NCBI GenBank assembly: GCA_964371585.1
Contig: CAYJMD010000001.1
Coordinates: 18,950 to 82,949, forward strand
Reading direction: 5' to 3'
DNA: 64,000 nt
Source: an uncultured Clostridiaceae bacterium
GTDB taxonomy: Bacteria; Bacillota; Clostridia; TANB77; CAG-465
Shown: piece after piece, positions 20,462 through 31,135 of the stretch
How the letters are laid out: each line of letters begins with the position of its first letter
Position numbering within the stretch: the stretch's first letter is position 1
Translations under genes and position numbers: made by a program
Notes under the pieces: model-generated
What the model was told of the DNA's origin: nothing
Databases searched by the model: none
What the model saw: only the letters and a program-made list of their open reading frames with translations

Positions 20462-21703
20462 ATGAGTGTTAATAAAGGACTACGTAGTTTAGTTGTATGG
20501 TTATTTACACTCCTTATACTATTTATTGTAGGGTATGAAATATATATCAATTTTATTGATACAGACATAACTTTTAATACAATATTTTCAAAAATTATAT
20601 ATATAGCATTACTAATTACATTTATTACAATATATGCGATTATTAAAGGTAAATTTAGTAAAAAAAAGATAAAGAAAAAGTTGAGTTTAACTTATAGATA
20701 TTTATTACTTATTGTCACAACTTTTTTTCTTAAAATAGTTGCAGTAACAATAAATGTAGTAGATGTAAATGTTATATATATACTTATTTGTAGTATAATT
20801 GGAGTAATATCTGCAATAGCTATTAAAAAGATAATATATAATGTATCAAAGAGTGATATGCTTTCGGTGATTGGACTGTTTATGTTTGCACTTCTTCCAA
20901 ATATTAGTACTAATAGTATAGAATATTTAAACTCTATACTTGTTAATTTGATGATTTTAAGTGCTATACTAGTATTTCAAAAAGTACTTGATGAATTAAA
21001 ACAAATTGGAATTAAGAATAAAAAATATATATTATGGTCAGTTGCAATGGCTTTTTGTATTAGTTTTTCTATAATACTAGGTGTTCATTATGTAATATAT
21101 ATATTACTTGGAATAGGAATGCTATGTATAACAGCAAATTTGGATAAGACACATATTGAATTTCCAAATAAAGTTATTAATAGCATAAGACAAAAAAATA
21201 AAGAAGTACTATATAAAATAGAAAGAATATACATAAATAAACAATTTATAGTTGTAGGAGTAGTTTTAATTTCTACTATAATATTCAACTTTGGTTTAAA
21301 CTACATCGTTTCAGAAATTGATAATAATTTTGTAAATGAAGTATGTATGACTAATAATGGAATATCAAGTGTTATAAATGGACAAGATATAAATAGTGTT
21401 ATAAATAATTTAACTAGTGGGCTTAAAGATATATTTGCTAAGTCTAAAGGTTATTATTTAATACTTGCTTCATATATATTAGTATTAGAAATTCTTACTA
21501 TAATATTAAGAAGAAGATATGATACTAAATCAACAATGCTTAAAATGGTGTTTATGACTATTACTATATTTGGTGCATTATTTAAGTATAATATAGATAT
21601 TTACTATTTAGTTTATACAACGCTATTTATATTAATAGCTATAACTAATACTTCAAATCTATATTTAAACAGAGATGAAAGAGTAAAACTTTTAAATTCT
21701 TAA
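20462..21703 (+). CDS. Polytopic integral membrane protein, hypothetical.
   Basis: At least 10 hydrophobic segments. Directly downstream of the nucleotidyltransferase. Confidence 0.45.
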   Translation: MSVNKGLRSLVVWLFTLLILFIVGYEIYINFIDTDITFNTIFSKIIYIALLITFITIYAIIKGKFSKKKIKKKLSLTYRYLLLIVTTFFLKIVAVTINVVDVNVIYILICSIIGVISAIAIKKIIYNVSKSDMLSVIGLFMFALLPNISTNSIEYLNSILVNLMILSAILVFQKVLDELKQIGIKNKKYILWSVAMAFCISFSIILGVHYVIYILLGIGMLCITANLDKTHIEFPNKVINSIRQKNKEVLYKIERIYINKQFIVVGVVLISTIIFNFGLNYIVSEIDNNFVNEVCMTNNGISSVINGQDINSVINNLTSGLKDIFAKSKGYYLILASYILVLEILTIILRRRYDTKSTMLKMVFMTITIFGALFKYNIDIYYLVYTTLFILIAITNTSNLYLNRDERVKLLNS

Positions 21704-21727
21704 AATAGTAAAGGAAGGTGTAAATTA

Positions 21728-23545
21728 GTGGCATATTATTCAGATGATTTAATTGAAGATGTTGTATCACAAAATGATATTGTTGATATTGTTTCTGAAT
21801 ACTTACCACTTAAAAGAAATGGACGAAACTATATTGGTCTGTGTCCATTTCATAGAGAAAAAACACCTTCTTTTATCGTGTCTAGGGATAAACAGATTTG
21901 TAAGTGTTTTGGGTGTTCTAAAGGTGGTGGAGTAATAAACTTCATAAAAGAAATTGAAAATTTAGATTTCCACGAAACTTTAGAATTTTTAGCAGCAAGA
22001 GCAAATATTGATTTAGAAAAATATATTATAAAAACAAGCCATTCTAAAGATAATAGTAATTACTCGAGTGGTATAGACAAGAATAAGTTAAAAGAAAAAA
22101 TATATGAAATAAATACAGCTACAGCTAAGTATTATCATAATAATTTAATTGAAAAATTAAATGAAGAAGGTAGCAATATAATTAAAAACTATATGAAAAA
22201 AAGAAATCTAGATAAAAATACTATAACTAGATTTGGACTTGGATATGCAACAGGTAAAGTTCCTTTAAATGATCATCTTATGAGTATTGGTTTTTCAAAA
22301 GAAGAGATACTAGCATCTGGTATAATAGTGCAAAGTGAGAATTCTAGATTATATGATAGATTTTTTAAAAGACTTATTTTCCCTATATTTGATATTAGAG
22401 ATAGGGTAATAGCTTTTGGTGGTAGGGTACTAGATGACACTATGCCTAAGTATTTAAATTCTGCTGAAAATATAATATATCATAAAGGTAAACATCTATA
22501 TGCTTTTAATTTTGCAAAGAAAGAAAAATTAGAAAACATTATAATTGTTGAAGGATATATGGACGTAGTTTCACTACAAAAAGCTGGATTTAAAAATGTT
22601 GTTGCATCGCTTGGTACAGCTCTTACTATAGATCAAGCAAGATTAATAAAAAAATATACAGATAATGTAATTATAGCGTATGATCAAGATGGAGCAGGAC
22701 AAGAAGCAACACTTAGAGGTATGGATATTTTAGTAGATCGTGGACTTAATGTAAAAGTATTAAAACTTGATAGAGATGATATTAAAGATCCAGATGAATA
22801 TGTAAATAAAATGGGAAAAGAACGATTAAAACATTGTTTAGATAATAGTATAACCTTAGTTGAATTTAAAGTTTCACAGTTTGAGAAAGATTTAGATTTT
22901 AAGGATACTGATTCAAAAATTAAATTTTTAAACAATGTTGCAAATATTTTAAGTAAGATTGAAAATAATATAACAAGAGATGTATATACAGATAAAATAT
23001 CTGAAAAATATTTGATTGCTAAAGAACCTATTCTAAGAGAGATAAATAAGAAGTTAGCAGTTAAATATGAAACTACTAATATAGGAGTTCAGGATTTAAA
23101 TGCTAAAGCTGTACTTAATATGGATGTTACTAAGAAAAAAGAACAGCATATAATAGCATTACTTATTTTAAAAGATCCTAAAATAATTGATATTGTTAAG
23201 TCAAGTATTAGCGAAAATGATTTTAAAACAGAGAAATTACGCAAATTATACATAAAACTACTTGAATTAATAGAAATGTATGATATAACTAAAGTAGATA
23301 TATTATCCAAAATAACAGAAGATGAACTTGTAAAAGAACTTGTTGATGTAATGTACATTAACTTAGATGATGTTGATAAAATAAAATTATTAAATGATGT
23401 TTTAAAAAACATACGAAAAGAAAAGTATGTAACTAGGCGACAAGAAATACTTTCAAGAATAAATGAAGAAATAAGTAAAGAAGAAAAACAAATTCTAGAA
23501 ATAGAATTAACTCAAATATTACTTGAGTTAAATAAATTAAAATAA
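21728..23545 (+). CDS. dnaG: DNA primase.
   Basis: Zinc-binding '[11 protein letters not shown]', TOPRIM 'EGYMDV'. GTG start with RBS GGAAGGTG. Confidence 0.9.
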   Translation: MAYYSDDLIEDVVSQNDIVDIVSEYLPLKRNGRNYIGLCPFHREKTPSFIVSRDKQICKCFGCSKGGGVINFIKEIENLDFHETLEFLAARANIDLEKYIIKTSHSKDNSNYSSGIDKNKLKEKIYEINTATAKYYHNNLIEKLNEEGSNIIKNYMKKRNLDKNTITRFGLGYATGKVPLNDHLMSIGFSKEEILASGIIVQSENSRLYDRFFKRLIFPIFDIRDRVIAFGGRVLDDTMPKYLNSAENIIYHKGKHLYAFNFAKKEKLENIIIVEGYMDVVSLQKAGFKNVVASLGTALTIDQARLIKKYTDNVIIAYDQDGAGQEATLRGMDILVDRGLNVKVLKLDRDDIKDPDEYVNKMGKERLKHCLDNSITLVEFKVSQFEKDLDFKDTDSKIKFLNNVANILSKIENNITRDVYTDKISEKYLIAKEPILREINKKLAVKYETTNIGVQDLNAKAVLNMDVTKKKEQHIIALLILKDPKIIDIVKSSISENDFKTEKLRKLYIKLLELIEMYDITKVDILSKITEDELVKELVDVMYINLDDVDKIKLLNDVLKNIRKEKYVTRRQEILSRINEEISKEEKQILEIELTQILLELNKLK

Positions 23546-23555
23546 GGAGCAAAGG

Positions 23556-24794
23556 ATGAGTAAAGAAAAAGTAACTGCAGCTAAAGCAGAATTGATTAAT
23601 GAATTTATTAATAAAAATGTAAGTAGAGAGGAAATAACTATACTTGAAATAAAGGATTTTGCAGAAGAAAATAAACTTAATAAAACTGATGTGAAAAATT
23701 TATATACTGAACTTAGTAAACAAGGTGTTAAAATAGTTGAAAAACTAACTACTATAATTGTACAAAAGGAAGAGGACTTAGAAGATACTACTGAAGAAGA
23801 AAATAAAGCTGAAGAAGAAGCAGAATCTACTGAGCCAACTAAAGAAACTGCACCTGCTTTAGAACTTGATATTGAACCTAATTTAGATGACTTAAGTGAT
23901 ATTGAAAAAGATATATTACTAGATGAAGTTAGTGACTTCTCTTTTGTAGATAGTTTAAATACGGATGATCCTGTTAAATTATTCTTAAAAGAAATTGGTA
24001 ATACAAGCTTACTTGATTACGAAACAGAAACTAAATTAGCTGAAAGAATGCTAGAAGGTGATGCAGATGCAAGAAAACAATTAGTTGAGGCTAATTTAAG
24101 ACTTGTTGTGAGTATTGCTAAAAGATATATAGGTAGAGGAATGCATTTCTTAGATCTTATACAAGAAGGTAATTTAGGACTGATTAAAGCTGTTGAAAAA
24201 TTTGATCTTAAAAAAGGATATAAATTTAGTACATATGCAACATGGTGGATTAGACAAGCAATTACAAGATCTATAGCAGATCAAGCAAGAACAATTCGTA
24301 TACCTGTACATATGGTTGAAACTATTAATAAGTTAATTAGAACTTCAAGACATTTACTTCAAGTATTAGGTAGAGAACCTTCACCAGAAGAAATTGCTAA
24401 AGAAGTAGAAATGCCAGTAGAAAAAGTAAGAGAAGTACTTAAAATATCTCAAGAACCAATTTCTCTTGAAACTCCAGTTGGGGATGAAAATGAAACAGTT
24501 CTTGGTAACTTTATTCAAGATGAAGATGCTCCATCTCCATCTGATCAAGCTGCAGATATTTTACTTAGAACGCATTTAGATGAAGTAATGGATACTCTTA
24601 CTCCTAGAGAAGCTAGAGTTTTAAAACTTAGATTTGGACTTATAGATGGAAGAATGAGAACTTTAGAAGAAGTTGGTCAAGAATTCCAAGTAACAAGAGA
24701 AAGAATAAGACAAATTGAAGCTAAAGCTATAAGAAAATTAAAACATCCAAGTAGAAGTAAAAGAGTTAAAGATTTCATGAATACAGAAGCATAA
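23556..24794 (+). CDS. rpoD: Primary RNA polymerase sigma factor (sigma-70/SigA).
   Basis: '[18 protein letters not shown]', '[13 protein letters not shown]', region 4 '[20 protein letters not shown]'. Confidence 0.9.
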   Translation: MSKEKVTAAKAELINEFINKNVSREEITILEIKDFAEENKLNKTDVKNLYTELSKQGVKIVEKLTTIIVQKEEDLEDTTEEENKAEEEAESTEPTKETAPALELDIEPNLDDLSDIEKDILLDEVSDFSFVDSLNTDDPVKLFLKEIGNTSLLDYETETKLAERMLEGDADARKQLVEANLRLVVSIAKRYIGRGMHFLDLIQEGNLGLIKAVEKFDLKKGYKFSTYATWWIRQAITRSIADQARTIRIPVHMVETINKLIRTSRHLLQVLGREPSPEEIAKEVEMPVEKVREVLKISQEPISLETPVGDENETVLGNFIQDEDAPSPSDQAADILLRTHLDEVMDTLTPREARVLKLRFGLIDGRMRTLEEVGQEFQVTRERIRQIEAKAIRKLKHPSRSKRVKDFMNTEA

Positions 24795-24807
24795 AATAAT
24801 ACATGTA

Positions 24808-24850
24808 ATAATATATAGATTTAAGTCTATATATTATTATGTGTTTTTTT
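24808..24850 (+). terminator. Rho-independent terminator after rpoD.
   Basis: ATAATATATAGA/TCTATATATTAT stem followed by a T-run. Confidence 0.55.
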
Positions 24851-24968
24851 ATTTATAATATAAATATTGTATTATGAATTTTGTATAAACATGTTGAATT
24901 ATAAAGTTTGTTAGTATATAATATAGTAAGAGTATTTATATTATAATACTAAGTATAAGGAGGGGAAT

Positions 24969-25874
24969 ATGTCTAAAATAAAGATAATTATTATAACAAT
25001 ATTTGTTATATTGTTTTCTGTAAATAGTTTTGTGTTTGCAGATGTTGGAAATATAAATAGATATGATGGATCAGATTTTGGTGGATCATTTGATTTTGAT
25101 AGTTCATTTGACTTTGATGATTTTGATAGTGATTTTAACTTATCAGGTTTTCCTATTGAATATATAATAGGTATTGTAATTGTTATTGCAATTGTTTCAA
25201 TGTCTAAAGGAAAAACAAGTAATAATAGTAATACAAACTCAGGTACATCTGCTAATCAATTTTCAAATAGAAATTCTGTTACAACTAGTAGCTATAATCC
25301 AGCTAGGACAGCTATGATAGCTAAAAAAATTAGAGAAACAGATGAAGCTTTCTCAGAAGATAATTTTTTAACATGGGCTGGTAATATTTTTGTTAAACTA
25401 CAAACTGCTTGGACAGCTAGAGATTTTGAAATTATTAGAACATTTGAATCTGAAGAACTATTTGAAGAACATCAGACTCAATTAAAACAATATATTGATA
25501 CTAATAGAATAAATGTAATAGATAGAGTAAATGTTAAATCTACATCTCTTTCAAATCATAGTTTTGATGGTGATAAAGAGATATTAGAAGTTAATTTAGA
25601 TGCAGTTATGAAAGATTATATAATAGATGCAACAACTAAAGAACTTTTAGAAGGTGATAAAACAAGAGATTGGCACATGAAATATGTACTAATGTTTGCT
25701 AGAAAAAAAGGTGTTACTACTAAAGTTGGTACAGACGAAGTAGCAACTACAAATTGTCCAAACTGTGGAGCTCCAACAGCTATAACTTCTTCTGGTAAAT
25801 GTGAATATTGTGGAAGTGTTATAACTACAGGAGAACATGATTGGGTACTTATTAGTATAAAAGGTAGAAAGTAA
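24969..25874 (+). CDS. Membrane protein with a signal peptide, acidic ectodomain, one TM, a cytoplasmic Tim44-like domain and a C-terminal zinc ribbon (YdjH-like).
   Basis: 'FLTWAGNIFVKLQTAWTARDFEIIRTFESEELFEEH'. 'CPNCGAPT...CEYCGS'. Confidence 0.5.
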   Translation: MSKIKIIIITIFVILFSVNSFVFADVGNINRYDGSDFGGSFDFDSSFDFDDFDSDFNLSGFPIEYIIGIVIVIAIVSMSKGKTSNNSNTNSGTSANQFSNRNSVTTSSYNPARTAMIAKKIRETDEAFSEDNFLTWAGNIFVKLQTAWTARDFEIIRTFESEELFEEHQTQLKQYIDTNRINVIDRVNVKSTSLSNHSFDGDKEILEVNLDAVMKDYIIDATTKELLEGDKTRDWHMKYVLMFARKKGVTTKVGTDEVATTNCPNCGAPTAITSSGKCEYCGSVITTGEHDWVLISIKGRK

Positions 25875-25894
25875 TAATAGAGGGGGAATTTTAA

Positions 25895-27142
25895 ATGGGA
25901 TTAATTAAAGCAGCAACTAGCGCTATAGGAAGTACTTTTGGTGATCAATGGAAAGAGGTCATTAGATGTGAAGATTTAACAAATAATATACTGATGATGA
26001 AAAAAACAACTGAAAATGGTGTTATATCAAATGGCTCAACTATTATAGTTGCTCCAGGTCAATGTGCAGTTATATATGATAATGGTAGAGTAATTGATGC
26101 AACAGCTGAAGATGGGACATATACATTTGATACATCTTCTACACCATCATTCTTTGCAGGTCAATTTGGAGCTGTGTTTAAAGAAATGTGGCAAAGATTT
26201 CAATATGATGGAGGAACTGCTAAACAACAAGCTGTATATTTCTTTAACTTAAAAGAAATATTAGATAATAAATTTGGAACTCCAAGTCCAGTACCATATA
26301 AAGACTGGGGACATCCACTTATGAATGCTAGAACAAATTCATATTTGCCAATGAGTGTTGAAGTAAAATGTTTTGGTAAATATACATTTAAAATAGAAGA
26401 CGTTTCATTATTTATGCAAAATATTGGTGGAACAGCTACAATATATAGAAAAGAAGATTTAGCAGAACAAATAAGAGCTGAGGTTATTGGATCGTTTAGT
26501 AATGTAATGAACAGTTTAGGTAGTGATAAACATAAAATAGATGTACTTGATTTACCTAATCAAACAGATGAAATAAAAGAAATAATGGATGAAGAAGTAT
26601 TTGATAAACCTATAAGAGATAGAGGTATCAAATTAGTATCTTTCGTTATTGAAAGCTTAACATTAACTGAAGATTCTAAAGATAAAATTGATAAATACGA
26701 AATTGGTGGAGATGCATATCAACAACAAGGTGTTGTTACTGAAGGATATGTAGATGCTATGAAAGGCGCAGCAAATAATGCAAATGGAGCTGCAAATGGA
26801 TTTATGGGACTAGGTATGATGAATATGCAAACTGGATCAATGGGAATAAGCATGAATAATGCCAAACCAATGACTCCAGATCCATCGAAATTAAATAATA
26901 CACCAGTAGCAGATGAAGCTGATGAAATGGTAGTTAATAAGCAAGAAGTTGAAGTGAAAGAAGAATCAAAACCAGAAGAAAAGGAAGCTACAGATAGATG
27001 TGCAAACTGTAATGAAGTTGTAGCTGGTAGATTTTGCTCAAATTGTGGAACAGAGAAAAAAGTGGAGAAAAGATGTAAAAATTGTAATACTTTACTTAAA
27101 GAAGGTTCGAAATTTTGTAGTGAATGTGGTACAAAAGCATAA
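25895..27142 (+). CDS. SPFH/Band-7-type protein (YdjI-like, 'virion core protein-like' family) with a C-terminal double zinc ribbon.
   Basis: N-terminal 'MGLIKAATSAIGSTFGDQWKE...IVAPGQCAVIYDNG'. C-terminal 'CANCN..CSNCG...CKNCN...CSECG'. Confidence 0.5.
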   Translation: MGLIKAATSAIGSTFGDQWKEVIRCEDLTNNILMMKKTTENGVISNGSTIIVAPGQCAVIYDNGRVIDATAEDGTYTFDTSSTPSFFAGQFGAVFKEMWQRFQYDGGTAKQQAVYFFNLKEILDNKFGTPSPVPYKDWGHPLMNARTNSYLPMSVEVKCFGKYTFKIEDVSLFMQNIGGTATIYRKEDLAEQIRAEVIGSFSNVMNSLGSDKHKIDVLDLPNQTDEIKEIMDEEVFDKPIRDRGIKLVSFVIESLTLTEDSKDKIDKYEIGGDAYQQQGVVTEGYVDAMKGAANNANGAANGFMGLGMMNMQTGSMGISMNNAKPMTPDPSKLNNTPVADEADEMVVNKQEVEVKEESKPEEKEATDRCANCNEVVAGRFCSNCGTEKKVEKRCKNCNTLLKEGSKFCSECGTKA

Positions 27143-27163
27143 GCAATATTAAAGTATTTAAGA

Positions 27164-27193
27164 AGATATAGATTAATTCTATATCTTTTTTTA
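27164..27193 (+). terminator. Rho-independent terminator.
   Basis: AGATATAGA ttaat TCTATATCT followed by TTTTTTT. Confidence 0.6.
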
Positions 27194-27292
27194 TTATTCA
27201 TTTTAACTAGTATTTGAATTACTATTTATTATCTATTTTAATTATTTTACTATGATTTTTTTTTAGAAATTTAGAAGAAAATGTCATAGGTC

Positions 27293-27321
27293 TTGCACTA
27301 AAATATTTACGTATGTATAAT
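27293..27321 (+). promoter_or_regulatory. Sigma-A promoter of the clpC-like gene.
   Basis: TTGCAC, 17 nt, TATAAT. A T9 tract lies about 30 nt upstream. Confidence 0.45.
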
Positions 27322-27342
27322 ATATATATGAAGGAGAATAGT

Positions 27343-29601
27343 ATGCATGAATTTACTGAAAGAGCTCAAAATGTGTTAGATATATCACAAGCATTTAGTT
27401 ATGAAAATAATCACCCATATATAGGTACAGAACATATACTATATGGTCTTATAGCAGAAAAAAATGGTCTTGCTAGTAGACTTCTTAAGAAACAAGGGAT
27501 AAATGGGAATATTGTAAAAAATCATATTTTAAGTTTGATGAAAATACTTAGTACAGAGGATAAAAATAAAAATTTAGAATACACTCCTAGAGCTAAAAGA
27601 TTAATTGAAAATAGCATTAAAGAATGTAGTAATATGGGACACAATTATATAAGTACAGAGCATATACTACTTGCTTTAATGAAAGAAATAGATTCTGTTG
27701 CAGTTAAAATACTTATTGATTGTAATATAAATCCACAAAAAATATTTAATGATTTAGTTAAACTTATTGCTGCTGAGACTCATCTAAATATACCAGAAAT
27801 AAAACCTGTTGCAGAAGATACGACTAATTTACTCAAATATTCTATGGATTTAACTAAACAAGCTAAAAAAGGTAAGTTTGATAATATTACAGGTAGAGAA
27901 GAAGAGATAAATAAATTAGTTCAAATACTAAGTAAAAAGACAAAAAATAATGTTGTTATTTTAGGTAATCCAGGTGTAGGTAAAACTTCATTAGTCGAAG
28001 GACTGGCTAAACTTATTAGTAAAAAACAAGTGCCTCATACTCTGCAAGATAAGAAGATTATATCACTTGATTTGATGTTAATGGTTGCTGGTGCTAAGTA
28101 TAGAGGTGATTTTGAAGAGAGGCTTAAGTTATGTATAGATGAAGTAAAAAAAGCTGGAAATATAATTGTTTTCATAGATGAGGTACATAATATCATTGGT
28201 GCTGGAAGTGCAGAAGGAGCAATGGATGCAGCAAGTATTTTAAAACCTTTAATAACTTCTGGAAGTATTAGAGTAATTGGAGCCACTACATTAGAAGAGT
28301 ATAAAGTTATAGAAAAAGATGTAGCTTTAGATAGAAGATTTAGTAAAGTAGAGCTTAATGAACCTAGTAAAGAAGCTACAATTAATATATTAAAAGGTGT
28401 TAAAAAATCTCTTGAAAAACATCATGAGATTAAAATTGCTAATAAATTACTTGAAGATACATATAGTCTAACTTCAAGATATATTTTGGATAGATATATG
28501 CCTGAAAAAGCTATTGATGTATTAGATGAAGCTTGTTCACTTGTTGTAATGAATAACAAGACATCAGATAACAATATTAAAACAAATAAGTTACAGTTAT
28601 CAGATATTGAAAATGTAGTATCTATAATTAGTAAATTACCAGTAAGTAAATTAACTCTAGAAGAAAAAAGTAAACTTATTAATATTGAACAAAGAATTAA
28701 AAAGAAAATTATAGGTCAAGATCAAGCTATAGATAGTGTAACTAAAGCTATTAAAAGAGCTAGAATAGGACTTAAAGATATAAAAAGACCTGTAGGTAGT
28801 TTTATGTTCTTAGGACCAACAGGTGTTGGTAAGACAGCTCTGGCTAAATCACTTGCTGAAGAATTATTTGGCAGTGAAGATTCTATGATACGATTTGATA
28901 TGTCTGAATATATGGAATCTCATAGTATATCTAAATTAATAGGAGCGCCTCCAGGGTATATAGGTTATGATAAAGAAGGATTACTTACTTCAAAAGTAAG
29001 GAAAAATCCATATAGTATAGTTCTTTTTGATGAAATTGAAAAAGCACATCAAGATATATATAATATACTACTTCAAATATTAGATGATGGAAGAGTTACA
29101 GATTCTTCAGGTAGAGTAATTGATTTTAAACATACAATAATAATAATAACATCTAATGTAGGAGCAAATAAGATTATAACTAAAAGTAAAGTTGGTTTTT
29201 TAAGTAATACAGATAATAATGATGATATATCTTCAGAAGTACAAAAAGAAGTAAAAAAAGTATTTAAACCAGAATTTTTAAATAGGATTGATGAACTAAT
29301 AATATTTAATAAGTTAAGTAGTGAAGCTTTATCTAAAATAACAACTATTCAACTGGAAGAAATAAATAGAAGGTTGAAATTAAGAAAAATAACTATTAAA
29401 TTTTCTGAAAATATAATAGAGAGAGTTATTAAAGAGGCTGTAAATGAAGAATATGGGGCAAGACCTATAAGAAGATATATAATCAAGCATATTGAAAACT
29501 ATTTAGCAGATGAACTCCTTAAAACTAATATTAAAGAAGGTGAAAAACTTAAATTAGAATATATAAATGATAATCTGAAATTTAGTAAAATTACTGTATA
29601 A
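27343..29601 (+). CDS. Class III Clp/Hsp100 AAA+ unfoldase, ClpC paralogue (two Clp_N repeats, D1 and D2 AAA modules, short middle region, VGF ClpP-docking tripeptide).
   Basis: 'GNPGVGKTSLVEGLA', 'FIDEVHNIIGAG', 'FLGPTGVGKTALAKSLA', 'SIVLFDEIEKAH', 'KVGFLS'. RBS GAAGGAG before the ATG at 27343. Confidence 0.8.
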   Translation: MHEFTERAQNVLDISQAFSYENNHPYIGTEHILYGLIAEKNGLASRLLKKQGINGNIVKNHILSLMKILSTEDKNKNLEYTPRAKRLIENSIKECSNMGHNYISTEHILLALMKEIDSVAVKILIDCNINPQKIFNDLVKLIAAETHLNIPEIKPVAEDTTNLLKYSMDLTKQAKKGKFDNITGREEEINKLVQILSKKTKNNVVILGNPGVGKTSLVEGLAKLISKKQVPHTLQDKKIISLDLMLMVAGAKYRGDFEERLKLCIDEVKKAGNIIVFIDEVHNIIGAGSAEGAMDAASILKPLITSGSIRVIGATTLEEYKVIEKDVALDRRFSKVELNEPSKEATINILKGVKKSLEKHHEIKIANKLLEDTYSLTSRYILDRYMPEKAIDVLDEACSLVVMNNKTSDNNIKTNKLQLSDIENVVSIISKLPVSKLTLEEKSKLINIEQRIKKKIIGQDQAIDSVTKAIKRARIGLKDIKRPVGSFMFLGPTGVGKTALAKSLAEELFGSEDSMIRFDMSEYMESHSISKLIGAPPGYIGYDKEGLLTSKVRKNPYSIVLFDEIEKAHQDIYNILLQILDDGRVTDSSGRVIDFKHTIIIITSNVGANKIITKSKVGFLSNTDNNDDISSEVQKEVKKVFKPEFLNRIDELIIFNKLSSEALSKITTIQLEEINRRLKLRKITIKFSENIIERVIKEAVNEEYGARPIRRYIIKHIENYLADELLKTNIKEGEKLKLEYINDNLKFSKITV

Positions 29602-29666
29602 AAATAAAACTATGTTGATAAAATAATATTTATGTGATATATTATTAATAAAGGAGAGATTTTTAT

Positions 29667-30182
29667 ATGGATTTTATGAATAAAATAACACAATTATCAA
29701 AAAAAGTATCAGAAGGAGTTGTAGATACATATAAAGTAGTAGCAGATAAAACAGGAGGAATAGTTGAAGAGACAAAAAGCAAAATGTCTATAAACGATAA
29801 AAATTCTGAAATAACTGATATATATGAATCAATGGGTAAAACTGTATATGATATGTATCTTCAAAAAGAAGATGTGGGTAAGGTTTTTAAAGCAGAATGT
29901 AAAAAAATAGATAATCTACAAAAAGAAATATTGGATATTAATACAAGAATATTATTTAATAAAAATTTAAGAACATGCTTAAACTGTAATGAAGTAATAG
30001 CTCTTGATAGTGCTTTTTGTGAAAATTGTGGAACTAAACAAAAGAAATTAAAATTAGATGAAAAGCCTAAAGAGTCTGTTAAAGAAGAGGAAGAAGTAAG
30101 TAATGTTTGTCCTCATTGTGGAACAGTATGTGGAAAAGATTCTAAATTTTGTTCAAAATGCGGATATGAAATGAATAAGTAG
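29667..30182 (+). CDS. Double zinc-ribbon protein with an N-terminal helical region (YdjG-like).
   Basis: 'CLNCNEVIALDSAFCENCG' and 'CPHCGTVCGKDSKFCSKCG'. Confidence 0.5.
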   Translation: MDFMNKITQLSKKVSEGVVDTYKVVADKTGGIVEETKSKMSINDKNSEITDIYESMGKTVYDMYLQKEDVGKVFKAECKKIDNLQKEILDINTRILFNKNLRTCLNCNEVIALDSAFCENCGTKQKKLKLDEKPKESVKEEEEVSNVCPHCGTVCGKDSKFCSKCGYEMNK

Positions 30183-30261
30183 AAATAAACTATTTCATAA
30201 TTAAAAATAATAAATTTTAAAACTAAAATAAAATGTAGAAAATAAAAAAACTAAAAAAGAA

Positions 30262-30293
30262 ACTCAAGGAGTAATATACTCCTTGAGTTTTTA
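30262..30293. terminator. Bidirectional rho-independent terminator between convergent genes.
   Basis: ACTCAAGGAGTA ata TACTCCTTGAGT, flanked by an A-run on the 5' side and a T-run on the 3' side. Confidence 0.65.
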
Positions 30294-30716
30294 AATATAA
30301 AATTTTGGTATTTCTTTTACTTCTTCAATTTGCTTACAAATATTATCAAGTTCTATTGTTAAAGAAGTGATATCTGGAGCACCTTCATCATCTGGTATTG
30401 AATAAGAATAATCAGATGATATTTGATTAAATAAATATTCCTTTTTCTGTGTTAATTCATAGAATTTACTAAATTTAGCTTTGTTTATACTTCGCTGATT
30501 TGGAAGAATTTCTAAAGTTTTTTTTGAAATTAGAGTGTTTGAAGTTAAATTTTTAAGTATCACTTCTGCTTTTTCATCTTCTAAATCTGGTGAAATATAT
30601 GCTGTTTCTAGTATTCTCCGTACTCTTGATGGATCAAGATTTAACATTTCAGATATTTTATCAATAGTCATGTTGTTTTTATGCATTAGTAAGTTGATAA
30701 TAGTTCTTTTTGTCAT
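30291..30716 (-). CDS. Small HTH-containing putative transcriptional regulator. It is the only minus-strand gene in the window.
   Basis: N-terminal 'MTIDKISEMLNLDPSRVRRILETA' helix-turn-helix-like segment. RBS GGAGGT upstream on the minus strand. Confidence 0.45.
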   Translation of the reverse strand: MTKRTIINLLMHKNNMTIDKISEMLNLDPSRVRRILETAYISPDLEDEKAEVILKNLTSNTLISKKTLEILPNQRSINKAKFSKFYELTQKKEYLFNQISSDYSYSIPDDEGAPDITSLTIELDNICKQIEEVKEIPKFYI

Positions 30717-31135
30717 AATGTTACCTCCAAAATATTAATTTTAAATTTTATTATTACTTTTAATTAAATTTTAACACTTTTAAATACAAATGTCAATTTA
30801 TTTTAATTAATAATTAATCATTTAAAATAAAGATGGAAATATGCTATAATTTAAGGTATAATTTGACTTTCGTAGCTATTTATTGTATAATATTATAGTT
30901 AATAGAAGTATTAGTACTTTGTTTTTAAAATATGTATATATTAAGATATAGATATAGTTCGGATGTTATTAAAATATTTAAATGCTAGGTGTATAGTGAG
31001 ATATACCTAAAAAGGTAGATATAAATATATCAAGGTTTAAATATTAAAAAGTTTTGTTAAAATAATTAAGAAAGAGAAATGAAATAATACTTTTGCAGTG
31101 AGCAAAAGATAGAATGTTATGCATGAGGAGGTAAA

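Noticed and set aside
27281-27300. Possible CtsR operator (GTCATAGGTCTTG) in front of the ClpC paralogue.
   Set aside because: It does not match the (A/G)GTCAAA-NAN-(A/G)GTCAAA heptad direct repeat closely enough.
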